A stretch of 64,000 nt of DNA from Elusimicrobiota bacterium (GTDB lineage: Bacteria > Elusimicrobiota > Elusimicrobia > UBA1565 > JACRDR01). The position numbers and the translations under genes were made by a program. Every line of letters starts with the position of its first letter. Position 1 is the stretch's first letter. A model generated the notes under the pieces. The model did not search any database. It was not told where the DNA came from and was given only the letters and a program-made list of their open reading frames with translations. Shown here one piece after another: positions 6,971-15,268 of the stretch. The stretch lies in assembly GCA_041694815.1 (NCBI GenBank), contig JBGFSC010000045.1:35807-99806 (forward strand). Reading direction: 5' to 3'.

Positions 6971-8689
6971 ATGGCGCCGAGCGTTATTACCGAAGAGAAG
7001 AACAAGATCGTTCAGATCGCCGTCTATACCCGCAAGTCAAACGACGAAAATTTGGCGGGCGAGGTGACCTCGCTGGATAGCCAGAAGGGAGCCTGCCGAG
7101 CGTACATCGCCATTCAAAAGGAAAAGGGCTGGCGGGAGTACACCGAGGCCTTCGACGACCCCAACGAGTCCGGCAAGAGTTTGAACCGTCCCGCCATGCG
7201 CCGGCTGCTTAATGCGGTGGAGGAGGACAAGATCCAGGGCGTGATCGTCTATAAGCTGGATCGGCTCACGCGCAACAGCCGGGATTTCCACCAGCTGCTC
7301 GAGCTTTTCGAGAAGCACAACGTCGCCTTTGTCTCGGCCACGGAATCCATCGATACCAAGAGCCCGCAGGGACGCCTGATGACGGCGATCATGGTCCAGT
7401 TTGCCCAGTACGACAGGGAAATGGACGTGGAGAGATCCAAAGACTTCCACCTGGCCCGGGCGCGCAAGGGGCTGTGGTCGGCGGGGCTGCCACCTTTGGG
7501 CTACGATTTCAAGGACAAGCAATTGGTCGTCAACCAGGAAGAAGCTGCGCTGGTGCGCAGAATCTTCGACCTCTACCTCGAGCGCCGCTCCGTGCTGCGC
7601 GTAGCCGAAGAGCTCAACCGCCTTGGGTTTCGGCGCAAGAGCTACAAGCTCAAGGATGGGAGACTGGTCGGGGGAAAGCCCTTTGACATCAACAGCGTCA
7701 TCCGCATCCTGCAGCGCAAGGTCTATATCGGCATCATCACCAACGAGCGCACCAAGCAGGAGTTTTCGGGACAGCACCAGCCCATCATCGACCCCGCCGT
7801 CTTCGAAAAAGCCCAGGAGATTCTTAAGTCGCATGCACGGCGGGAGGGGCAGATCACCTACGCGACCAATAGGCACGGCTTCCGGCTCAAAGGTCTGACA
7901 CGCTGCGGGGAGTGCGGCAGCTCGGTGGCGAGCGTGGCCCGGCCCCGAGGCGACAAGAAGGTCTACCTCTACTACAAGTGTCTGGCCAAGCAGAACGGGC
8001 TTCCTGTTGGTTGCGTCTTCACCAGCATCGGCGCGCAGAAGCTCGAGGAGTACGTGATCGAGAAGCTTGCGGCTGTAGGCTGGGACCGGCCGCTTCTGGA
8101 GAGGGTGGTCCGGAAAGTCAACGAGCTATCCCGCGGACGGGTCGCCCCGCTTGAGGAAGAGAAGCGCCAACTTTCAGGCAGGCTCCAAGGACTGCGCGGG
8201 GAGATCGGCAACCTGATCGGCCTGGCCAAGGCCCAGGGGGCGAACCAGGAGCTGACGCAGGAGCTGGGCCGGCTGGACGAGGCCAAGAGGACCCTGGAGG
8301 CGCGGCTGCACGAGATCGAGGCCGAGATCGGGCGCGGCCGGCAGGTTGTCTACGACGCGGACGTGATCCAGGGCGCCCTCCAGCGCTTCGCCCGGTTCAT
8401 CTACAAGCTGCCGATCGAGCGTCAGGTCCAGACGATCCAGCTTTTGGTGCAGCAGGTGACGCTTTTCAAGGACCGGGTCCGGGTAGAGCTCCACGAGCTG
8501 CCGATCCCGGACCTCCAGAGGGCCCTGGATGCCAGGATCGCGCAGCGTGGGATTCTGGAGCGAAAATTTCCAATCCCGCGGTGCTCAAACGGCGGGAGCA
8601 AAATACCACATGCCGAGCGAACAGGCGTTGTGGAATTGGATAAAGAGTGGCGGGGTCGACGGGATTTGAACCCGCGGTCTCCGCCTTGA
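6971..8689 (+). CDS. Large serine recombinase (integrase)
   Basis: Catalytic AVYTRKS, SGKSLNRP, VYKLDRLTRN, recombinase domain (PPLGY), zinc ribbon (CGECG...YYKC) and coiled coil. Confidence 0.93.
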   Translation: MAPSVITEEKNKIVQIAVYTRKSNDENLAGEVTSLDSQKGACRAYIAIQKEKGWREYTEAFDDPNESGKSLNRPAMRRLLNAVEEDKIQGVIVYKLDRLTRNSRDFHQLLELFEKHNVAFVSATESIDTKSPQGRLMTAIMVQFAQYDREMDVERSKDFHLARARKGLWSAGLPPLGYDFKDKQLVVNQEEAALVRRIFDLYLERRSVLRVAEELNRLGFRRKSYKLKDGRLVGGKPFDINSVIRILQRKVYIGIITNERTKQEFSGQHQPIIDPAVFEKAQEILKSHARREGQITYATNRHGFRLKGLTRCGECGSSVASVARPRGDKKVYLYYKCLAKQNGLPVGCVFTSIGAQKLEEYVIEKLAAVGWDRPLLERVVRKVNELSRGRVAPLEEEKRQLSGRLQGLRGEIGNLIGLAKAQGANQELTQELGRLDEAKRTLEARLHEIEAEIGRGRQVVYDADVIQGALQRFARFIYKLPIERQVQTIQLLVQQVTLFKDRVRVELHELPIPDLQRALDARIAQRGILERKFPIPRCSNGGSKIPHAERTGVVELDKEWRGRRDLNPRSPP

Positions 8690-8726
8690 CAGGGCGGCGT
8701 GTTGGGCCAGGCTACACCACGACCCC
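8648..8726 (-). tRNA. tRNA-Asp (GTC)
   Basis: Cloverleaf GGGGTCG...CCGCC-CTGTCAA-GGCGG...GGTTCAAATCC...CGACCCC-G-CCA. Confidence 0.95.
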
Positions 8727-8830
8727 AGAGGGGACCCTCAGTATATCACTTTCCCGGCGTCACTTAAAAGTGACCGCGCTTCCCCGAGGCTGAATGCTAT
8801 GATGGGCTTCCCGAAAGAAAGGAGGCCAAA

Positions 8831-8983
8831 ATGAATTCGATGCGTCAAAAACGCGCCGCGCGCAGGAACATCAAGAAGGCCGCCGCAGCCGCCCGCAGGA
8901 AGCGTACCATCGCCCATCTTCCCAGGCGCACCCGCCGCGCCTTGGGCAAGGAAGCCGCCAAGGCCGCGGCGCGCTCCCGGTAG
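8831..8983 (+). CDS. Small highly basic protein (50 aa)
   Basis: Hand-translated MNSMRQKRAARRNIKKAAAAARRKRTIAHLPRRTRRALGKEAAKAAARSR; RBS AAGGAGG. Confidence 0.7.
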   Translation: MNSMRQKRAARRNIKKAAAAARRKRTIAHLPRRTRRALGKEAAKAAARSR

Positions 8984-8987
8984 GGCC

Positions 8988-9911
8988 ATGCAAGACGGGC
9001 GTGGGATACGCCGCATCCAAAAGATCTGGCGCAGCGAGCCGACCATCGAGGGCGCCGGCGTCCACCTCAAGCGGGCCTTCGGCTTCCACGAGATCCCCCA
9101 ATTCGACCCGTTCCTGCTGCTCGACGATTTCCGATCCGACAATCCAGACGACTATAAGCTCGGCTTTCCCTGGCACCCGCACCGCGGCATCGAGACCATC
9201 ACCTACGTGCTCGACGGGGAGGTGGAGCACGAGGACAGCCTCGGCAACGGAGGGGTGATCTCGCCCGGGGACGTGCAGTGGATGACGGCCGGCAGCGGCA
9301 TACTCCATCAGGAGATGCCCAAGGGCAATCGCATGGGCCACATGTACGGCTTCCAGCTATGGGCGAATCTGCCGGCCAAGAGCAAGATGGTCGACCCGCG
9401 CTACCGCGACGTCAAGGAAAAGGACATCCCCGCGGTCAAGGTCGATGGGAGCGTGGTGCGCGTCATAGCCGGCAGCGTCAACGGCGTCCGCGGGCCGGTG
9501 CGGGGCGTCGTTATAGATCCCGAGTACATCGACGTCTCGATGCGCTCCGGCTCAGCCTTCAGCCATCCCGTCCCGGCCGGGCACACCGCCTTCGCCTACG
9601 TCATCGACGGGGAGGGGTACTTCGACCCCGGGCGCGACCCCTACGCCCGCGACGCCGTCGGCGCCAATTATTTCGACATGGCTAGGCCCTGCGCCTGCCC
9701 GAGGGACACGCTGGTGCTCTACGGGCCGGGGGACAGCGTCTCCGTGAGCACCCAGAAGATGCCAGTGCGCTTTCTGTTGATATCGGGCCGCCCGCTCAAG
9801 GAGCCGATCGCCTGGTACGGGCCCATCGTGATGAACACGCGCGATGAGCTGCGTACGGCTTTCGAGGAGTACGAGAAGGGGGACTTTATCAAGTCCTACG
9901 CGAAGAGGTAG
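8988..9911 (+). CDS. Pirin family protein
   Basis: DPFLLLDDF, HPHRGIETITY, QWMTAGSGILHQE, GPIVMNT. Confidence 0.93.
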   Translation: MQDGRGIRRIQKIWRSEPTIEGAGVHLKRAFGFHEIPQFDPFLLLDDFRSDNPDDYKLGFPWHPHRGIETITYVLDGEVEHEDSLGNGGVISPGDVQWMTAGSGILHQEMPKGNRMGHMYGFQLWANLPAKSKMVDPRYRDVKEKDIPAVKVDGSVVRVIAGSVNGVRGPVRGVVIDPEYIDVSMRSGSAFSHPVPAGHTAFAYVIDGEGYFDPGRDPYARDAVGANYFDMARPCACPRDTLVLYGPGDSVSVSTQKMPVRFLLISGRPLKEPIAWYGPIVMNTRDELRTAFEEYEKGDFIKSYAKR

Positions 9912-9958
9912 CGGGGACGATAGGCGCGCGCGGACGGCCGTAAACGGGGAGAGCCGGA

Positions 9959-10123
9959 TTACTTGCCGTTGAGGAGCTGGGCCAGCTTCCTCATGTCGTC
10001 GCCGATGGAGCTGTAGCGCTCTTCCAGGTGCTCCCACTCCGGGTCCATGTCGGGATACACTGTCTTCGCGGCCACCTTGCTCCGTCGCCCATGACTCGGC
10101 GTCTTCTTCTTTTTCATGGCCAT
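9959..10123 (-). CDS. Small hypothetical protein
   Basis: MAMKKKKTPSHGRRSK...WEHLEERYSSIGDDMRKLAQLLNGK, downstream of tRNA-Val. Confidence 0.5.
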   Translation of the reverse strand: MAMKKKKTPSHGRRSKVAAKTVYPDMDPEWEHLEERYSSIGDDMRKLAQLLNGK

Positions 10124-10170
10124 CCGGAGTATAGACCGTGATCCGATTCCGCGCAAGGCCCAAATCGATT

Positions 10171-10242
10171 TGCGCGGTGCAGGATTCGAACCTGCGGCCC
10201 CCTCCTTGTAAGGGAGGTGCTCTACCGCTGAGCTAACCGCGC
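10171..10242 (-). tRNA. tRNA-Val (TAC), CCA not encoded
   Basis: GCGCGGT-TA-GCTCAGCGGTAGAGC-A-CCTCC-CTTACAA-GGAGG...GGTTCGAATCC...ACCGCGC-A. Confidence 0.93.
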
Positions 10243-10377
10243 GACGGGTCCATTGTACAACAATAATCCGGAGCGAGCCCCCGCGTTTCTTGAGAGAGAA
10301 CTGAGCCCCGATTGAGCCCTATTTGAGCCTACGGCGCTATCCTGTCCAGGTTCGAAGGCGTTATATAAGGAGGACTC

Positions 10378-10821
10378 ATGAAAAACCATGTTGCCGTCGT
10401 CGGCGCGGCCTTGGGCGCGGCCTTGCTGGCCGCTTGTGACAGCCCGCCCAGCCGGGTGCGCAAGGGCAAGGTCATCGAGACCATCAGCCAGAGCCCGGTG
10501 CAAAACAGCTACGTGGAGGCCATCGGCATCGGCGCCTCCGACCCCGATTTGCCCACCGAGACGCAGCGCAAGTCCCTGGCGCGGGACGCCGCCATCGTCA
10601 AGGCACAGTTCGAGATGCTCTCCATGATCAAGGGCGTAACCTTGAGCGGGGGGGTCACCGTCCAGCGCGCCATGGAGACCGACTCGACGCTGGAGGCCCG
10701 CATCCACGAGACCATCCGCGGGGCCGAGATACTCAAGAGCGAATTCACCTCCGACAGCGGCTGCGTGGTCACGATCCGGCTGCCGAAAGCGCGCCTGCAG
10801 GAGATTTTAGGCAGGCATTGA
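10378..10821 (+). CDS. Lipoprotein (LPP20-like)
   Basis: Lipobox LLAAC; EAIGIG...ARDAAIVKA pattern. Confidence 0.65.
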   Translation: MKNHVAVVGAALGAALLAACDSPPSRVRKGKVIETISQSPVQNSYVEAIGIGASDPDLPTETQRKSLARDAAIVKAQFEMLSMIKGVTLSGGVTVQRAMETDSTLEARIHETIRGAEILKSEFTSDSGCVVTIRLPKARLQEILGRH

Positions 10822-10864
10822 CAGGGCTTGGAACAAGGGTTAGACTAAATGCGGTTCTTTTTTC

Positions 10865-13708
10865 ATGAAGAAAAGACCGCTCTTAGCGGACGCCCTCATC
10901 GGGCTGGGGCTGACCCTTTTCGTTCTCGGTTCGTACCTGGTACAAGCCTCTTTTTTAGAGAGCCTCGAGCTTAAGGTCTTCGACCTGCGCTCGACCCTCC
11001 GCGGGGATCTCGACGCCGGCGGCCGCGAGATCGCGATCGTTTCCATCGACGACGACTCCATCGCCCGGCTGGGGCGCTGGCCCTGGCCGCGCACCCGCTA
11101 CGCCGAGATGATCGACCTGCTGGCCAAGGCGTCGCCCAAGGTGATCGGCTGGGACATTTTCCTCTCGGAGCCCGAGCGCAACCAGGGCTTGGCCGAGATC
11201 CAGGCCCTGGAGGCCAGCTACCAGGATCTCGTGCAGCGCAAGAAGATCATCGAGAAGGGAGTGAAATTCGCGCCGGAGTTCTCCGCTGCGGCCGTGAGGC
11301 TCGACACCGACGCCCGTCTGCTCGCCTCGCTGGAGGAGGCGAAGAAAGTCGTTCTCCCCATGTTCTTCGCCACCGGCGGAACCATCGGCGCCAAGCCAGA
11401 GCCCCTTCCGGAGATCATCTCCAATTCCCTCCTGACCATCGACATGAGCGCCGGCGTCGGGATGGAGCAGGCCCTGCTCGAGGGCACCCAGGCGACGGTG
11501 CCGCTGACGGCTTTTGCCGAGAAGGCGATGGGCGTGGGGCATATCAACGTCTATCCCGATTTAGACGGGGTGGTCCGGCGGGAGTCGCCCGTCATCAAGT
11601 ACGGCGACGGGCTATACCCCTCCTATGCCCTGCAACTGGTGATCGCCTATCTCGGTTTTAAGCCGTCGGAGGTCAAGGTCGCTCCGGGGCAGTTCATCGA
11701 ACTGGGCAAGACCAGGATCCCGATCGACGAGACGCAGTCGATGCTGGTGAGCTTCAACGGCCCTTACCAGACCTTCCGCTACTACCCCTTCCACGAGGTG
11801 CTGGGCGGCAAGGTGGCCTTGGACGTGTTCAAGGACAAGATCGTCATCGTCGGACCCTCGGCCTCGGGCATCTCGACCCTGTTCGTGACGCCCGTCGCGC
11901 ACAACCTACCCTCCGTCGAGCTCATCGCCAACGTGGTTGAGAACATACTTCACCAGAAATTCCTGGTGCGCCCTCCCTGGGCGCTCAACGCGGAGCTGGG
12001 GCTAGTGTTGGCGATGGGCCTTTTCCTGATGATCCTCCTCCCGCGCCTGAAGGCGGCGGGCGGGGCTATCGTGACCCTGCTTTTGGCCGCCGCGCTGCTC
12101 GGCACCGGCACCATGCTTTTCGTCCAAGGTCAGTGGCTCAAGGTGGTCTATCCGACCTTCCTGCTCGCCATGGGCTACCTGATCCTCATGACCAAGCGCT
12201 TCGTCTTCACCGAGAAGGGCAAGGAGTTGGTGGAGGCCTCGGCGATCGAGACCAACAAGATGCTCGGGCTCTCCTTCCAGGGGCAAGGGATGCTGGATCT
12301 GGCCTTCGACAAGTTCCGCCTTTGCCCGCTCGACGACCAGCTTAAGGACCTGCTCTACAATCTCGGGCTGGATTTCGAGCGCAAGCGGCAGTACAACAAG
12401 GCCGTCTCGGTCTACGAGCACGTCGCCTCCAAGGACCCCAAGTACAAGGACATCCCCGATAAGATCAAGACCTTGAAGGCCGCCGCCGAGGGCGCGGTAT
12501 TCGGCGGCATCGGGGGGGGACAGAAAGAGGGCACGGTGCTCATCTCGGGCGGGGCCTCCAAGCCTACGCTCGGCCGCTACGAGATCGAGAAGGAGCTCGG
12601 CCGCGGCGCCATGGGCATCGTCTACTTGGGCAAGGACCCCAAGATCAATCGCAAGGTGGCCATCAAGACGATGATGCTCGAGGAGGGCTCCGACCCCGCC
12701 GCGTTCAAGGAGGTCAAGGAGCGCTTTTTCCGGGAGGCGGAATCGGCCGGGACCCTCAACCACCCCAACATCGTCCGCATCTTCGACGCCGGCGAGGAGC
12801 AGGACATCTCCTACATCGCCATGGAGCTTTTGGACGGCCAGGACCTTATCCCCTTCACGCGCAAGGAATCGCTGCTTAAGCCCGAGGTGGCCATGGAGTA
12901 CGTGGCCGTCGTCGCCGACGCGCTCGATTACGCGCACGCGCAGGGGATCGTGCACCGCGATATCAAGCCGGGCAACATCATGCTGCTTAAGGACGGCACG
13001 ATCCGCGTGGCGGATTTCGGCATCGCGCGCATCACCGCCTCCTCCAAGACGGCCACAGGCACGGTGATGGGCACGCCGTCCTACATGAGCCCCGAGCAAG
13101 TGGCGGGCAAGAAGGTCGACGGGCGCTCGGATCTCTTCAGCCTGGGCGTCGCCCTCTTCGAGCTGCTCACGGGCGAGAAGCCCTTCAAGGGAGGCGAGGG
13201 CATCGGCACGCTGCTTTTCCAGATCGCCAACGACCCCGAACCGGAGCCCTTGGACCTAAATCCCAACCTGCCCCGCTGCGTATCGCCGATCATCCACAAG
13301 GCCTTGGCCAAGGATCCAGAGAAGCGCTACCTGCGCGGGTCGCAGCTGGCAGCCGACCTGCGGCGCTGCCTGGCTTCCTTGGGCGGCTCCGCGGGCGCGC
13401 CGGCCCAGGCGAAGGAGTCGACGGCGCCTATCCCGGTGCCCGCCCCGCAGCCGCAGGCCGCACCCGCCGCCGACGCGACGATTCCGGCCGGTGCCCTATC
13501 CGCCCCGATTTCCGCGCCGGCCCCCGCTCCGTCTCCGGCGCCCTCTCCCGCCGCGATCCCGGTGATTTCGGCGCCGGCGCCCGTTGTCACCTCGGATAAG
13601 ACGATCCCCGCCACGACGCCGCTGGACGCGACGCTTCCGGCCGGGTCCATGCCGGCCCAGGACAAGACGCAGCCGGGCGCCACCCGTGGCCCGAGGCCGT
13701 CTCCGTGA
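10865..13708 (+). CDS. CHASE2-domain Ser/Thr protein kinase
   Basis: CHASE2 (IDDDSI..LGRWPWPR, DLDGVVR), three TM segments, Hanks kinase (LGRGAMG, VAIK, HRDIKPGN, DFG, GTPSYMSPEQ) and a Pro/Ala-rich tail. Confidence 0.92.
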   Translation: MKKRPLLADALIGLGLTLFVLGSYLVQASFLESLELKVFDLRSTLRGDLDAGGREIAIVSIDDDSIARLGRWPWPRTRYAEMIDLLAKASPKVIGWDIFLSEPERNQGLAEIQALEASYQDLVQRKKIIEKGVKFAPEFSAAAVRLDTDARLLASLEEAKKVVLPMFFATGGTIGAKPEPLPEIISNSLLTIDMSAGVGMEQALLEGTQATVPLTAFAEKAMGVGHINVYPDLDGVVRRESPVIKYGDGLYPSYALQLVIAYLGFKPSEVKVAPGQFIELGKTRIPIDETQSMLVSFNGPYQTFRYYPFHEVLGGKVALDVFKDKIVIVGPSASGISTLFVTPVAHNLPSVELIANVVENILHQKFLVRPPWALNAELGLVLAMGLFLMILLPRLKAAGGAIVTLLLAAALLGTGTMLFVQGQWLKVVYPTFLLAMGYLILMTKRFVFTEKGKELVEASAIETNKMLGLSFQGQGMLDLAFDKFRLCPLDDQLKDLLYNLGLDFERKRQYNKAVSVYEHVASKDPKYKDIPDKIKTLKAAAEGAVFGGIGGGQKEGTVLISGGASKPTLGRYEIEKELGRGAMGIVYLGKDPKINRKVAIKTMMLEEGSDPAAFKEVKERFFREAESAGTLNHPNIVRIFDAGEEQDISYIAMELLDGQDLIPFTRKESLLKPEVAMEYVAVVADALDYAHAQGIVHRDIKPGNIMLLKDGTIRVADFGIARITASSKTATGTVMGTPSYMSPEQVAGKKVDGRSDLFSLGVALFELLTGEKPFKGGEGIGTLLFQIANDPEPEPLDLNPNLPRCVSPIIHKALAKDPEKRYLRGSQLAADLRRCLASLGGSAGAPAQAKESTAPIPVPAPQPQAAPAADATIPAGALSAPISAPAPAPSPAPSPAAIPVISAPAPVVTSDKTIPATTPLDATLPAGSMPAQDKTQPGATRGPRPSP

Positions 13709-14526
13709 AAACCCGGACCCTGGAGATCGCCGGCAAGACCGATCCGGGCTGCGTGCGGAAGAACAACGAGGACAGCCTGGCCGTGGTCCCGGAATTAGGC
13801 TTGATGGCCGTTGCCGACGGCATGGGCGGGCACAGCTCCGGGGAGGTGGCTAGCCAGATCGCGACTGAGACTATTCGCGACTTCGCGGATAAGATGATCG
13901 GCGGCAGCAAGCAGTTGCTGCCGGAGGGAGCCGCCGATCCGGCGCGCTCGGCCCGCTCGAAGCAGCTGGAATTTTTCGTCAAGACGGCCAATACGATGAT
14001 CTACGAGAAGGCCCGGGCCTTCCCCAAGGATCACGGCATGGGCACGACGATCGTCGCTGCGATCGCCGACGAGCGCTCCATGACGGTGGCACACGTCGGC
14101 GACAGCCGGCTCTATCTTTTGCGGCGCGGAGAGCTGCAGGTAATGACGGAGGACCACTCCTTGGTCATGGATCAGGTGCGCCGCGGGCTCATCACCGCCG
14201 AGCAGGCGGAGAAATCTGCCATCCAGAACATACTCACACGGGCCCTCGGGACTGAGGCGGAGGTCGTCGTCGACGTGCAGGACCACCCCTTGTTTCCCGG
14301 AGACCTCGTGCTCCTGTGCTCGGATGGACTGACCAAGATGGTTCCCGAGGCCGAGATCGAGAAGATTCTAGAGGGTGCGGAATCCTGCGCTTCAGCCTGC
14401 GATGCGCTTATCGAGAGGGCCCGGGCGGCGGGAGGCGTCGACAATATCACCGTGGTCGTCGCGCGCGTCCCGGAGGATCCAGGGGCCGGCATCAAGAAGC
14501 TTTTTTCGAGGATATTCAGCCGATGA
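13705..14526 (+). CDS. PP2C-family Ser/Thr phosphatase (Stp1-like)
   Basis: RKNNED, VADGMGGH, HVGDSR, LCSDGL, DNIT. Confidence 0.93.
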   Translation: MKTRTLEIAGKTDPGCVRKNNEDSLAVVPELGLMAVADGMGGHSSGEVASQIATETIRDFADKMIGGSKQLLPEGAADPARSARSKQLEFFVKTANTMIYEKARAFPKDHGMGTTIVAAIADERSMTVAHVGDSRLYLLRRGELQVMTEDHSLVMDQVRRGLITAEQAEKSAIQNILTRALGTEAEVVVDVQDHPLFPGDLVLLCSDGLTKMVPEAEIEKILEGAESCASACDALIERARAAGGVDNITVVVARVPEDPGAGIKKLFSRIFSR

Positions 14527-14539
14527 TGGGGGGGAGGCC

Positions 14540-15268
14540 ATGGCCAAGCTGCTGCTGAAATTCAATGCGGCGGTGATCAAGGAAATCCCGTTCGACAAGG
14601 AGACGCTCACCGTCGGCCGGAAACCCGACAACGACATCGTCATCGACAATCCCGCTGTCTCGGGACATCATTGCAAGATCGTCCGGCAGGCCGACGCCTA
14701 TTTCATCGAGGATCTCAACTCGACCAACGGCACCTACGTCAACGAGAAGCGGGTCATGAAGGCTGGCCTCCATCCCAACGATGTCGTGGGCCTGGCCAAG
14801 CACGCCCTGGTCTTCGTCGATGACAAGCCGGCCCCGGTGCCCGCGGCGGCCGCACCGGCCGAACCCGCCGGCGAGAAGACCATGCTGATCTCGCCCGAGA
14901 AGCAGCAGGAGATGGCCAAGGCCGCGGCCACGAGCGCGGCGGTGAAGGGAGAAAAGGTCGGCGGGTTGAGGATGCTTAAGGGCGTCGTGGGTCCGATGGA
15001 ATACGAGCTCAAGGGGCTTTCGACCTATATCGGCAAGTCCGACCGCGTCCAGATCCCCATCAAGGGCTCCGGGATATTCGGCTCGGCCCCGGAGGTCGCG
15101 GCCTCCATCCACCGCAAGCCGGAGGGCTACGTGCTGGTGGCGGTCAAGGAAGGCTACCCGGTGGTCAACGGATCGAGCGTCACCGGCCAGGTATTGCTCA
15201 ACGACGGCGATCTCATCGACTGCGGCGCGACCACGATGCAATTCTTCCTTAAGGAATCCGCGTCTTAA
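14540..15268 (+). CDS. FHA-domain protein
   Basis: VGRKPDNDIVIDNPAVSGHH...DLNSTNGT, plus a second degenerate FHA-like domain; ATG at 14540. Confidence 0.88.
   Translation: MAKLLLKFNAAVIKEIPFDKETLTVGRKPDNDIVIDNPAVSGHHCKIVRQADAYFIEDLNSTNGTYVNEKRVMKAGLHPNDVVGLAKHALVFVDDKPAPVPAAAAPAEPAGEKTMLISPEKQQEMAKAAATSAAVKGEKVGGLRMLKGVVGPMEYELKGLSTYIGKSDRVQIPIKGSGIFGSAPEVAASIHRKPEGYVLVAVKEGYPVVNGSSVTGQVLLNDGDLIDCGATTMQFFLKESAS

Larger units (their letters stand above)
1..8689. mobile_element. Integrated prophage/ICE-like element (one end; continues left of the window), bounded by the tRNA-Asp 3' end
   Basis: Large serine recombinase abuts and overlaps tRNA-Asp. The region holds a LexA-like repressor, sigma factor, AAA ATPase, DUF669-like protein, RusA and a replication initiator. 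Host genes resume after the tRNA. Confidence 0.85.

Noticed and set aside
13385..13700. Repetitive GC-rich stretch at the end of the kinase gene
   Set aside because: Explained by a Pro/Ala low-complexity protein tail, not a DNA repeat array.
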